A stretch of 63,091 bases of DNA, counting the filler, from Octopus bimaculoides (taxonomy: Eukaryota), in the NCBI RefSeq assembly GCF_001194135.2. It is 4 parts of 3 records of this genome, joined end to end, with 100 filler letters (N's around TTAATTAATTAA, not from the genome) between each part and the next. Parts side by side here need not be neighbours in the genome. Positions count along the whole stretch, not along the records: positions 38,131 to 44,904 come from NC_068994.1; positions 45,005 to 63,091 come from NC_068986.1; 2 more parts are not named here. One strand, given 5' to 3'. Below are positions 40,816 through 53,554 of the stretch, piece after piece. The translations under genes and the position numbers were made by a program. The notes under the pieces are model-generated. The model ran no database searches. It was not told the origin of the DNA and saw nothing but the letters and a program-made list of their open reading frames with translations. The stretch's first letter is position 1; every line of letters begins with the position of its first letter.

Positions 40816-41828
40816 ATGGGTAAAATTATATAAACGTAGGTTAATCAACACCAAATATAATTGGTAAATTATTTCAATTTCAATGTTTCATCACAGATCT
40901 CTGCTAACAGAACCTTATGATGGAAACATTGTTTTATTTTCCAATCAGTTTTCAAGTCTTAAATCTCTGTTAGTGGACATACTGTTCAATTGTTTAATAT
41001 CATTCTCTTCTACAAGAAATATATTTCTTGATTCATATTATTGCAGCTTCAATATATATCAGGTCATTAGAAGTATTTGAATAGCACTTCAAAGATTTTA
41101 ATATTTTGATGAAAACCATTTTATTTTATTTTATTTTATTTTATTTTATTTTGTTTTACATTTGTTTTTCTATGTCTGCTTAAATGATTGTTTCTGTTGG
41201 TGAAATTGCTTTCACAGCTGGATTCTTAGCTCACCTGTGATACAACTTATACTAAGACAAAATGAAGCAAGTATAGTTATAGGACTTAACTAGAAATGCA
41301 TAATAAACTGTAATTCATAAAGTTTGAACTCATGACCAATATGGCCCCAATAATCCAGTTCAAGCATTGTGTCTCATATAATGTCAGAAGATTTTAAGGT
41401 GAAGGTCAAAAGTAATAGTATGATATAGAAATCTTACTGAGTTTGTCCTTGTTATCATTGTAGTTGAATTTGTCCTTATATCTCTTCTTCAGTTGACTTA
41501 TAATAAGGAAGTAATTGATCAAAGACACAGAAATAAAACTTTTTCCTGCTTTGGCCTGAATTTTGGCCATACAGTATACTCTATTATAAGAATATCTTAC
41601 ATCCAATTTGTTGTTGAGCCTGCTTATGAATATTAAACAAGGTACTGAGAGAAATTTTATATACAACAGTGTTTTGAATATTTGTTTTCTCATGTAAGTA
41701 TGGACTGGATTTCTGAGTAAATGAATAAATTAATAACTTATGGTTTGTAATTTTTGTGTCTCACCTTCTTTGGAAGGAATGCACTTACCTCCTCTCACCA
41801 ATGATTCCTTATCATTGTTATTCTGCAG

Positions 41829-41896
41829 CAAATGGGTATCATTTGATTATTTCTGGATGCCAGAAAGAAGTAGATAGCTGGATTAAAGCAGACTTG
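41829..41896 (+). other. Candidate orphan coding exon (unverified)
   Basis: TTATTCTGCAG| acceptor, TTG|GTAAGT donor, one open frame NGYHLIISGCQKEVDSWIKADL. No partner exons identified. Confidence 0.25.
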
Positions 41897-42647
41897 GTAA
41901 GTTAATCTTGTATTTGATTTTCATTGTAATCTCTTGCACCTGAAAAATTCATGTGGTTTGTACTCAAGGGACTGCTCATGACCCTTTACAGGGCCTCCAA
42001 GACTAGTGGGAAGGGAGGAAGGAAGACGGTATCCTTGAACTGAAGACCTGGCTTGAATGCTTGCAACATAATGGACCTAAGATACCAAGCAGTGCTGCCA
42101 TACTGGGTAGGATCTAAATGGTTGAATTTAACATTGTATAAACATTTAATGGATTTGTGTAATTGTTAGAAAACCAAACCAAGAGAAGGAAAACGATCCT
42201 TGTGGTATTTGGTGATAACCCTTTATGTTCTGAACTCAAAATCCCATTGAGGTCAATTTTGCCTTTTGTACTTCTGGGTTGATTTATATTTCTGAAATAG
42301 CTTCTAGATATGAATGAAATTATTTATGTAATTCAAGGATGTTATCTGCAGTAAAAGCAATATCAAAGTTAGTGTTAACAATTAATGTATGGAGCATTAT
42401 AAGGCTAACTATAAATATGTAATGCAGTTAAAATAATTGATATTATTCACTAAGTAATAATGTTTTTTCATATCATCCTGGTGAGATAGTAATGAATGAA
42501 TCACTATGTTATTATGCATGGTTGTACATTTACTGGTGAAAAAAAAAAACTTGCTTAATGATTAATTTCAGGAGTGTCAGCTGCATGACAAACATCAGTG
42601 TTAACTATTTAATGCAGGAAACATTAAAAATCTTGAAATAAAATCAG

Positions 42648-43075
42648 GCATGGTTATGTGGTTAGGAAGTTGTCTTTGCAACCACATGATCTTGCATACC
42701 ATCTTAAGCAAGTGTCTTCTCTATAGCCTTGGGTTGACCAATGCATTATAAGTGAAATTGGTGTACAGCAACTGTGCAGAAGCCCATTGTGTGTAAATGT
42801 ATGTATTTATGTATGTATACAGAGAGAGAGAAGAAGAAGATATATATATTTGTGTATGTGAATGCATGTTTCTGTATGCATCTGTGTCTTTAACACTTTT
42901 GAAAAAAAAAACATGTGTTTATGTCCTCTAACCTAGCAGTGTGACAAATAGAAATTATTAAAATTCAAACCAGTTTTAAAAATAAGTAATGTGCTTAACA
43001 CGACCAGTTAAAGTCTTACACGACAGCCCCAGCATGACTACAATCCAATGATTGAAACAAGTAAAAGACTAAATG
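42648..43075 (+). mobile_element. Degenerate composite SINE (family C head/CORE-like part, microsatellite, family D tail)
   Basis: GTGGTTAGGAAG...CTTAAGCAAGTGTCTTCTCTATAGCC at the 5' end and CCCCAGCATGACTACAATCCAATGATTGAAACAAGTAAAAG at the 3' end. Confidence 0.6.
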
Positions 43076-43436
43076 AGTAATGTATTTATTCACCCCATTT
43101 GCTAATGTGATAAATAGAGTTAACTGGTTGGGGTTTTGTGATCAGAATATTCAGCAGGGGCTGACTGACTGTAGTATCTTCACAGTATTAGTGAAGTATG
43201 TCCTGGAAATGAAATGTTGTCTGCACACCCTGTTCTCTTGGAGTTTACCATTATCGTACAAATATACATTTTCTAAAAGTTTTTGAAAGAAGTCACTATT
43301 TAACCTGTAGCATCATTGTTTAACCTGTAGCACCTCTTGAGTTATCTAAATGTTGAGCTAACAACAATGCCTTTATGCGGTCACTCAACTTAAATAGCAG
43401 CTAAATTTCACTCAAGTCATACTCTGCTGTCTTTAG

Positions 43437-43658
43437 CCCTTTAGCATTGAGATAACTCTTATCAATTTCAATGCCTATTTATTCACATTGTTTTGAATTA
43501 ATCATGCATTATCTTGTAGTGTTGAAAATTCGATGATATGATTGTATATTTTTAGAATGACATTGTAGGGTAGGTGAGAGATGCCAGATCTGGCCAGTTT
43601 TGAACATAAAACAGGTAGAATATTTGGGCTGGATATGGCCAGTTTAAATGCTAAAGGG
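43437..43658. mobile_element. MITE (family M1), piggyBac-like termini
   Basis: Perfect 12-bp TIRs CCCTTTAGCATT / AATGCTAAAGGG. Flanks are TTAG and TTTT, possibly mutated TTAA. Confidence 0.8.
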
Positions 43659-43698
43659 TTTTTTAAAAAGCAGGGTACATTAGATACATTAATATTAT

Positions 43699-43857
43699 TT
43701 TACTTGTTTCAGTCATATGACTGCAGCCATACTGGAGCACTGTCTTAAAGGGTTTTTGTCGAAGGAGTTTATCCTAGGACTTATTCTTTGTAAGCCTAGT
43801 ACTTATTCTATTGTTCTCTTTTACTGAACTTCTAAGTTACAGGGACGTAAACACACC
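43699..43857 (-). mobile_element. SINE family D
   Basis: TTTACTTGTTTCAGTCATATGACTGCAGCCATACTGGAGCAC...CTAAGTTACAGGGACGTAAACACACC. Confidence 0.8.
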
Positions 43858-44491
43858 TATAGTTATAAACATAAACACGCCTATATTTACACTATTTAAA
43901 AAAATAAAAATAAAAATTTAAAAGCATTGCAGAATAATCACAGCTGGAGCATCTTTGATCATAAGTCAGGTTGTCCTGGGGTTAAACAACACCAGCAACA
44001 AGAAGTGTCTGAAAATGGTCTGGCACATTTATAATGATGGAGTGTTTTGTTGTAATCAACAGATGAGGCTTAAACAACTTCTCATTGAACAACCTGTACA
44101 AATGATTTATTCATAGTAATCAATACTCACCCCCCCCCCCCCATCAAACCTGTACAGGTGCGCAGTGTGCCACCTATAAGATGCAGAAGTGATTGCAGAG
44201 CAAAGTGAAACGAAGTACTTTATTCAAAAAACACAACACACTGCCAGACCCAAGAATTGAAATCATGATCTTGCCATCATGAGTGCAACACTCTAACCAC
44301 TAGGCAGATTGATTTAAAGTGGTTGATCACAAAGAGAGAAAAAAAACTCAATTTTTCTACTGTAATCCTTACAGCAGTACTCCTCCACCCTCACTAAGGC
44401 CTCAGACTTATTTCCACTAAAACCAACAATGATAATAATCTATTTCCACCTTTTTGATGTTCCAGCATCAACTCAATAGATAAGCTCTATT

Positions 44492-44630
44492 ATGGCTGTG
44501 TGATAAAGACATACCTTTTGTAACTGTGTGGTTCTGGGTTTGATCCCACTGTGTTGAAACTTGGGCAAGTGTCTTATTGCCATGTTGACCATGTCCCGAT
44601 TAACCTGGCAAAAGGCCTCAACTTGACCAA
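44492..44630 (+). mobile_element. CORE-like tRNA-type SINE, 5' part
   Basis: B-box-like GGGTTTGATCCC followed by CTTGGGCAAGTGTCTT. Confidence 0.6.
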
Positions 44631-44689
44631 TAGCATCATCATCATCACCACCATCATTGTCTAATGTTTTTTCTTCATCTTTATTCCTT

Positions 44690-44904
44690 TCTATTTCTTT
44701 ATTGCCCACAATAGGCTAAACATAGGGGGGACAAACAAGAACAGACAAAGGTATTAAGTCGATTACATCGTCCCCAGTGAGTAACTGGTACTTAATTTAT
44801 CGACCCCGGAAGGATGAAAGGCAAAGTCGACCTCAGCGGAATTTGAACTCAGAACGTAACGGCAGACGAAATACCGCTAAGCATTTCGCCCGGTGTGCTA
44901 ACGA
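44690..44904 (-). mobile_element. Well-preserved tRNA-type SINE (family B), 5' end cut by a gap
   Basis: The reverse strand reads GTTAGCACACCGGGCGAAATGCTTAGCGGTATTTCGTCTGCCGTTACGTTCTGAGTTCAAATTCCGCTGAGGTCGACTTTGCCTTTCATCC, with a B-box-like GAGTTCAAAT. Confidence 0.85.
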
Positions 44905-45004
44905 NNNNNNNNNNNNNNNNNNNNNNNNNNNNNNNNNNNNNNNNNNNNTTAATTAATTAANNNNNNNNNNNNNNNNNNNNNNNNNNNNNNNNNNNNNNNN
45001 NNNN
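44905..45004. other. Artificial 100-bp scaffold gap with six-frame stop linker
   Basis: 44 N + TTAATTAATTAA (44949-44960) + 44 N. Confidence 0.93.
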
Positions 45005-45846
45005 TATATATATATATTATTTATTTATTTATTTACATATATAAAAAAAACATATCAGAATTGTAAAGACATATTAAAACATATTGAAAATAGGGCAACC
45101 ATTATCTGGAAAAGAACTCAAAACGCTGTAAGTATTTGACTGATGTGTTTATTATAGATTAACTTGAGGCTCTCGTTGGACCGGGCTGGGCTGCGATATG
45201 TGATTATATAGTAATCTAAATACCTTTTTTTTCTTTCAATGCAAAGGGAAGATCTCCTGACGGACTGTTCAGTGAGCGGTTGAATCGTCCTCAGATACGA
45301 TCAAGCAAAACAGTTTTCCCAATCATTAGCATGGAGCATTCTCCTGCTACATGAAGATGTCAGGTATCATGTTTTAATTTGCATATCCGTGACGGCTCCT
45401 CATTAGGTAAAGAACACAGATCTTATGCACAACAGCGTGAAATAGAAGTATTGAAATATATTTTTGAATATTAGCAAGTGCTTAACTGTGATAGAGAGAT
45501 GTGCCAAAATATAAATATTTTTTTTTATTTCTTAAAATACAAAAAACAACGTAGAGACCATGCTTATTTAATAATATTTATTTAAGTCAATTCCTATAAT
45601 CCTTTACAGTGTGCCTTCAACACTTTTCTCTTCTTCTTCTTCTTCTTCTTCTTCTTCTTCTTCTTCTATGATCCATATCTGCACCTTTTTCTTGTTTCTC
45701 TCCAGCCGTCATCTTTCACCAGGTTTTTTTCTTTTATCTATGTCTTTCCGAATAATATGTATTCAGGTTTCAATCTGATTTGGTGACTTCCCGAAAGAAG
45801 TTAGATGTTTAAACAGAACTATAATTCCGTGAAATCATCATGAATA

Positions 45847-45885
<39 letters not shown>

Positions 45886-46989
45886 ATCTCAGTCTGTTGA
45901 GTAGGGTGGTGCGCACGCGCATATGTGTGTATATGTTATGTATGTATATACATGAAAAGGATAATGAATCGAGCACTAGGTCAAGTGTAAGAGTGAACGT
46001 CAGCATAGAAATATTGTAGAGAGAGAGAGAGCGAGTCTGACGTGAATACTGAGCAGACCAGTGCTCATTTATCATGCTCAATGCAACTGGCCAAATATTC
46101 TTTTCTCTACCTGACACGTAAAACCAATTTCTGATCTGCAGCCATTTGTAATAGTCAAAGATCTTGTCACTTTTGTTTTGTAGATTTTATGAATGGCCTT
46201 GTAAGACGATGTAATATTGAGCAAGCATGAATATTTTAGATCTTATCCATGTACAAGAGTCGATTGTTAAGGGGGATGGTCCATTAATTGTGATCAACTG
46301 GCATCAAATTACCTCTCATTTCTTGGGATACACATTCTTATATACCGTGTTTATTCTTTAATGTCTTCTAACGTGTAATTCATTCCTTAGGAAAATATTT
46401 GGCAGGTTGTACCATTAAAGATTAAAGGCTTTTTCAAGTCTATAAATTTATAACTCGGACGATAATGTAAATGACAAGAGCAACACACGACTCTCACAAC
46501 ATGCACTTTAGACAGGAAGCGTTTGCAAAGCGAAGCAGCTGACTCATGCTGTCATCGAGCAACTGTCAAAAACATATTTCCGAATATTTGATTGGTTTTC
46601 GGAAAGTTATGAGGAGATATCTGTAGAAATGAAAGAAAACTGCTTTACTTTCTTTGAAACTTGTTAAGTATCTACTGGATATCTGAGAATTCTTTTCCTA
46701 GTGGGTGCCAATACGCTGAGATAAATGCTAGCCATTCTTTCTTTTGGTGTGGAATAAATGATAAGCTGAGAAAAGACTCTGGAAAGGAATCTTGCTGTTG
46801 TATAAACTCTAGTTCAATCTCTTACTGCGTTCTACCAGTCTTAAACTATTGGCTTACATCTCTCTCCATGTATTTATTTTTCGATCGCTCAGTGGGCCTC
46901 AACATCAATAACGTATGTTTGTGAAGAAGACGAAAAATTTACTTATGAGTTATTAAGAGACAATATTTGAAAAATTCCAACTGGAAATA

Positions 46990-49400
46990 AAATAATAAAC
47001 TACAGGGATTCCAACGCAGAAGTTGGTGAAATCGCTGAGCTGTAGAATTGTTTAAGACATGATAGGAAGAAGTCAAATTCCTCTGGTTCAATTTTGTGGC
47101 AAAATAAAATATGCTTTTTAGTATAAAGTGATTCAGAAAGGAACATCAGTGTATGCAGGTGGCAAGAAAATTGCTATTGGTTGATTATATCATCGTTGAA
47201 GGAGAGATATCAATGATATGAGAGTTGTCTGGGGTTTAAGAGCTGCATTACATAACATATAATATGTAGAGAGAGTGTATAATATATTGTGTAATACAGA
47301 TCATAATCATCTACAAACTAAATCAAAGTTCAAAGTAAAACAAATTAGAAAACAAAATTCTCAAAACTTAAAAGAGATTTGAAGTTGCAGCATAAAAGGA
47401 AAATTGTGTCAGAAAAGAGTTAGTTGAAGGTTTTAATTCGCATGTGTATATTGTTAATATGGTGTGGCGGGCATAAAATAGCTTTACTAAAGTTCAAAAG
47501 AACTATTCAGGGCTACAAAGTTCAAATGCAAGGACTAGATTGACGATAATAATAAGTATACAGAAAGATTATTATCGTTTTCCAACGAGAGCAACGTAAA
47601 CGAAACGATCAAACGAAAATTTATTGGCTCAATATTAAACTGTTAAGTCAAAGATTCAAAAAGCAATGAGAAACATGAAAAATATGTGACGGATTGAACG
47701 TAGCTGTGATCTTTTGAAAGTAAACAACTTATAGGATATTGTGGAGATCTACTCTCTTATAAATCAAGTTTATGCTCTTCATTCAATTTCCTGAGCAACC
47801 ATTATGACCAATACATGCAAAACTCGTATTAAAGATTCGAAAAAGATCCCTCAATAACGTTTTAGTGATCTGTTCAATTACTGATATTCAGTAAGTTTTG
47901 GTCCAATTTAAAAGGCACTCAAAATGTTCCTATAAAATACATCTTTTGTTATCTATCTATTTTCAATGAAGAAAAAGATACTTTCCTTAAAGATGTAAAT
48001 GACATTGAGATCGATGGTTTTCCTGTAGAAGTGCTTAAATTAGGAACAAATAAGATGCTGGATCTTCTGCTTAATCTTATACTTAAATATGTAATCTGAG
48101 GATAAGTGGTACAGTTCCTCAAGTTTGGAGAGATACGATGCTGCAGGTGATGTATAAAAAAAATGGTAGTACGAACATTTGCGACAGTTCTCGAGGTTTT
48201 TCTTTTGTAAGTGTTAAAGAGAAAGTCTTCATGAAAATAGTTCTTGATAGGGTCATGTGAAGATGTTCCCTGTTTGTTAGTTGCCAACGGGTTTCCCCAC
48301 GAGGATGAAGCAGTGACATGTTTGCAGTTCGGTAACGACTGGGAGAAGGATTTTTCACTTTTTATATCATTGTTACATTGACCTCACTAACGATTTTCAT
48401 TCAGTGAACCAAGACGTGCTATGTGTAATTTTAAGACAACGATACAAATTTCATCATGTGTTTCCATCGTGATATCAGAGAGTGTGCAGTTACTGGTGAA
48501 TACTTAGACAGGTTTCCAACTAGTGGTGGTGTACAGTAGAGTGATATAACTGCTCCCACAGTTTGACATAGTTTTCACAATAATTGTTTTCAATCACCAA
48601 CATTGCTATTCAAACTCAGCCTCCATAATTCTAAGCCACACACTTTATGTTAAGGGTCCTTCGTACGCTAATAAAAGCTATATCGTTCTTACAATGAAAA
48701 ACCTTCAAGTTCTTCAAGATAAAAACGTAACTTATTAACGTGTTAGACCTCTCGACGAATCTATATAAAGCTGTTATTCGTTTTTGGCGCTGATGTGGAA
48801 AGACTCGTGTAGGTTTTAGAATAACGGTGCCTTCCTTTAAATATATGGGTAAAGTGTTACACTGAGATTTAAATCATGACATTATCAAGCGGGAATTAGA
48901 AATCATAGTAAAGTTATAGCAAATGATAATCTTTATTCGGGTTGTAATCATATTAACAATAATGATATTAAAATATCTATTTTCAAAATATTTCCCTGAG
49001 TAGCTGTGAACCATAGACATTATTAAGAGCTTATTGTTCAGTTGGTGTGTTGTTAGCAAAGCTATCTTTAACAAATGCAGCGTATCTCTTAGAGAGAGAA
49101 ACACTATAAGTGATGCTGTTTGTCTCGGAATTAGCGAATAATGTAAGATTAGAAGCCCCTTGCTGAAATAGCAAACTGAGATGGGTAATTTATATAGCTC
49201 ATACGCGAAACGAAACAATGTTAGAGTCCTTGCTGGATGAGTAATCATGACCTGGAAAAGAACAGACATATAAAGACTACTTTGAATTTGATATGTTATA
49301 AAAGATAATATCGGAGAAGAGCAATGGAATATAATGTAATTGATAGGGCATCATGGAGAAAATATTTAGTCAATAAACCGAGGCATAAGGTATAAAATCA
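46990..49400 (+). mobile_element. Second decayed RTE-clade LINE (endonuclease, RT, C-terminus)
   Basis: LVDYIIVE (47177), NTDHNHL (~47293), EIDGFPVEVLKLG (48007), TVPQVWRDTMLQVMYKKNGSTNICDSSRGFSFVSVKEKVFMKIVLDR (~48106-48250), YIDLT, and a 3' DRASWRK-like motif near 49345. End points approximate. Confidence 0.78.
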
Positions 49401-49743
49401 CATTAGACACGCAAAACTAGAAAGGAGAATGCAAGGAAAATAAACCTTAATATACATCTATGAATGATCCCTTTAAAACTTTGGCTTTTGAAAGTTGTCT
49501 TGGTAAGACACGCAAGGTTCCATGGAACAAAGTAAACCAATAAAAGATTATCGCACGTTAAAGAACGTACGTCTGTCAATCACATGGCAAATAGTCTCCA
49601 TTACTGTTCTGACGACACACACATATCTGGACACAACAGAATTCCAATTGGAAGACATCTGAATCGCATTTAAACGAGAATCATGCTCAGTACTCAAATG
49701 ATTCGTCATAAGTATGTATATGTGCATGTGTATTTGTTTGTTT

Positions 49744-49777
<34 letters not shown>

Positions 49778-50172
49778 NNNNNNNNNNNNNNNNNNNNNNN
49801 NNNNNNNNNNNNNNNNNNNNNNNNNNNNNNNNNNNNNNNNNNNNNNNNNNNNNNNNNNNNNNNNNNNNNNNNNNNNNNNNNNNNNNNNNNNNNNNNNNNN
49901 NNNNNNNNNNNNNNNNNNNNNNNNNNNNNNNNNNNNNNNNNNNNNNNNNGTGTGTCATCCAGTAATATACAGATATATTAAATATCAACCGTATGGGAGA
50001 AGGTTGTTCAATTGATTTTATGGCTATTACTGATTGCTGAAGCCCGGTATTAGTGATCGCCTCCAAACAATGCTGGTTTGGATCTGCCAAATTTGATAAT
50101 TAGGGGCAGGTATGTTGTTCGTATTTTACATATTTACGCATAATTAATGTTATCCTAATTGTCATCAAGCTT

Positions 50173-50375
50173 TAAGGCGGCGAGCTGAGAAAAACGTTAG
50201 CACGCCGGGCGAAATGCTTAGCGGTATTTCGTCTGTCTTTACGTTCTGAGTTCAAATTCTGAGTTCAAATTCTGAGTTCAAATTCTCCCATCCTTTCGGG
50301 ATCAATAAATTAAGTACCATTTGCGTACAGGAGTTGATCTAATCAACTGGCCCCCTCGTGCTTAGAGCAGAAAAG
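50173..50375 (+). mobile_element. Full-length family B tRNA-type SINE with a 16-bp target-site duplication
   Basis: AATTGTCATCAAGCTT at 50157-50172 and 50376-50391. Head is TAAGGCGGCGAGCTG...GTTAGCACGCCGGGCG. Confidence 0.92.
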
Positions 50376-50589
50376 AATTGTCATCAAGCTTGTCATTAGT
50401 ATTTTAATGGCAATAAAATGATTGTCAGCGGAAAAGTCTTATAGGCTTTAATTACGTCACCTTACTTTCTGAAATCGAAACCTCGCGACATTTAGTTTTT
50501 CATCCTTCCACAATAGGCAAATGAACTCCAGTCTAAAACTGGAATCAAAATAGTTGACCGCCACCTGTAAAAGTATGTATACCTGTACT

Positions 50590-51000
50590 TATATTGGTTT
50601 CAAATTCTGGCACAAGGCCAGCAATTTCTGTAGGAGATGGGTAAGTTGATTACATCAACCCCAGTGCTCAACAGATACTTATTTTATCGACTACCAAAGG
50701 ACGAAAGACAAAGTCGACCTAGACACAATTTGAACTCAGAACGTAGATTATTTTGCCCAGCGTACTAACGATTCTACAAGCTAACTGCCTTGGTACCTCT
50801 CTTTTCTACTATAGGCACAAGGCCCGAAATTTGGGGGATGGGGAATGTCAATTTTATCGACCCTAGTGCGTAACTGGTACTTATTTCAACGACCCCGAAA
50901 GGATGAAAGGTGAAGTCGACCTCCGTGGAATTTGAACTCAGAACGTAGATGCCGTTAATCATTTTGCCCAGCGTGCTAACGATTCTACCAGCTAACTCTT
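50590..51000 (-). mobile_element. Two head-to-tail family B-like SINEs
   Basis: AAGTCGACCT...AATTTGAACTCAGAACGTAGAT...TTTTGCCCAGCGT.CTAACGATTCTAC occurs twice (about 50590-50790 and 50797-51000). Confidence 0.85.
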
Positions 51001-51860
51001 AAACAAATAATTTTTACTCTTATGGTAAAATAATTAAGCAACGGAAATGATGACAATAAATATTTTGAGTTCAAATGTAAGAGGTTTTAACTTAATGTAT
51101 TCCTTCCTGAGTCAACAAATAACTGGTGAGTATTTAATGTACTCCGAATGTCTACACAAACCGGCGAATTGTGAGCAGCACTGATGACATCGCTTGTCTT
51201 AATTCATTTTACAATTTAGTTCTGTTCCGTTAACATTTCAAATCCCAACGATGTCGACTATCTTTCAGATTTCGTCGGATATACGAAATAATTGCCAATC
51301 ATTTTCTAATTTAAATTCAGCCCATCTATGCAACAAATTCATTATTATTGTGAAAGTGTTTTGCCAGAACATATATTCTGTATTATTTAATTATGTTAAT
51401 TTGCCTTATGCATATAAATTCCGACAGAAATTGCCATTCCCCAAATCTCTTTAGAGATCTATAAATATAAATACCAGGCAAGTACACAGTAGTTTCTCGG
51501 ACTCTGTCCTCTATATGCACTTGACTTTGTCGTGGTGTAAAGAATAAATAAAATTAAAAAATATTACGCTGCCGATTATTGGCTTACGAATCAATAATGT
51601 GTAACAGAGGAAATTATTATTTATTAAGGAAGATTGAAGGAAATGCGAAAAAATTTAGTTATCGCCATTAAATGAAGTTAAGCTTTAGTAGAGAGACTAA
51701 ATTATATTGAACTTTTTAATCACGAACCAAACGTTTGTTATTAGCAAGGTATAGCACGGGAAATTGTGAAGTTGTATGGAAAATTTATAAACAAACAGAA
51801 GTACTCCTCCAAACCTTTCTCTCGTTTCTCCTTTTCTTCCATCATATTAACATATGTATG

Positions 51861-51919
<59 letters not shown>

Positions 51920-52029
51920 CTTTGTGTATATATGTCTGTTATAAAATCAATAATACAAAATGAAAAAGGATAGCACAGAAGAACGAATATTAAGAAATAT
52001 TGTGTTATCATAACACATAAACAGAAAGA

Positions 52030-52060
52030 GACAACGCTTCGGACACTTGTCATTCATCAG
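52030..52060 (-). ncRNA. Degenerate minimal hammerhead-ribozyme-like motif (probably Penelope-derived, probably inactive)
   Basis: The minus strand reads CTGATGA-ATGAC-AAGT-GTCC-GAAGCGTTGTC: CUGAUGA core, a GAC/GTC stem II, GAAG in place of GAAA. Stem I is not evident. Confidence 0.35.
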
Positions 52061-52399
52061 AACAAAAGTATAGGAGTATAAGAGAAAGGTGTAAGGAGAA
52101 AAGTTTCCATAGGAAAGACAAAATGGATGGCAAGTCAGGGGCTCTGTAGAAGTGCGATTTTATGCGGAAGATAATAAGGGACAAGGTGGCAGGGCATGAG
52201 GGTATGTGCTCATGTATAGAGTGTATGCGTATATTTAGATAGGCATAAGGGGAAGAGATATGTGTGAAAGAGTGAAGTGTGGAATTTTAGTGACGTGGTA
52301 CTAAGACATTTTTTTAACATGTAACAAATGGTAGGTTTAATACAGAATTGAAGAAAATCAAGCCACCAATGCAGTGTTGAGCACTCATTCTCGTCTTTC

Positions 52400-52437
<38 letters not shown>

Positions 52438-53479
52438 NNNNNNNNNNNNNNNNNNNNNNNNNNNNNNNNNNNNNNNNNNNNNNNNNNNNNNNNNNNNNNN
52501 NNNNNNNNNNNNNNNNNNNNNNNNNNNNNNNNNNNNNNNNNNNNNNNNNNNNNNNNNNNNNNNNNNNNNNNNNNNNNNNNNNNNNNNNNNNNNNNNNNNN
52601 NNNNNNNNNNNNNNNNNNNNNNNNNNNNNNNNNNNNNNNNNNNNNNNNNNNNNNNNNNNNNNNNNNNNNNNNNNNNNNNNNNNNNNNNNNNNNNNNNNNN
52701 NNNNNNNNNNNNNNNNNNNNNNNNNNNNNNNNNNNNNNNNNNNNNNNNNNNNNNNNNNNNNNNNNNNNNNNNNNNNNNNNNNNNNNNNNNNNNNNNNNNN
52801 NNNNNNNNNNNNNNNNNNNNNNNNNNNNNNNNNNNNNNNNNNNNNNNNNNNNNNNNNNNNNNNNNNNNNNNNNNNNNNNNNNNNNNNNNNNNNNNNNNNN
52901 NNNNNNNNNNNNNNNNNNNNNNNNNNNNNNNNNNNNNNNNNNNNNNNNNNNNNNNNNNNNNNNNNNNNNNNNNNNNNNNNNNNNNNNNNNNNNNNNNNNN
53001 NNNNNNNNNNNNNNNNNNNNNNNNNNNNNNNNNNNNNNNNNNAGAGAGAGAGAGAGAGAGAGAGACAGGCAGACAGACAGACAAACAGATTGACAGAGAT
53101 CACCACCTCACCTCGTCTTGGCTTTACAGACCTTAACGTTTTCACTATCCCGTTTCTGTTATCTATTTTGAGCCACCGAAAATCTCAAATTTTATTTAAT
53201 TTGCATTGCAGGAGCAACTGTTTTGACGATTGCTCGAAATGTGGAGTAGATAAAATAGCTGACAACTGGTGAAGGGTCGTTTTCTATGTTGTTTGTCTTG
53301 TTTTCCATTTGTTTCTTTCGTTGTTCGCAAAAAAAGTTCGTATTCCATGTTTTCGTATTTCGTATTTCATGTTGTTTACGTTCTATGACATCCTGTACCC
53401 ATATATACATGTGTAAATACATATATATGTAAGTATGTACATATATATATATGTATACATGTATACATATATATGTATA

Positions 53480-53552
<73 letters not shown>

Positions 53553-53554
<2 letters not shown>

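Noticed and set aside
50173-50290. tRNA gene
   Set aside because: It has a B-box-like motif but no cloverleaf. It continues into SINE body sequence and is bounded by a TSD.
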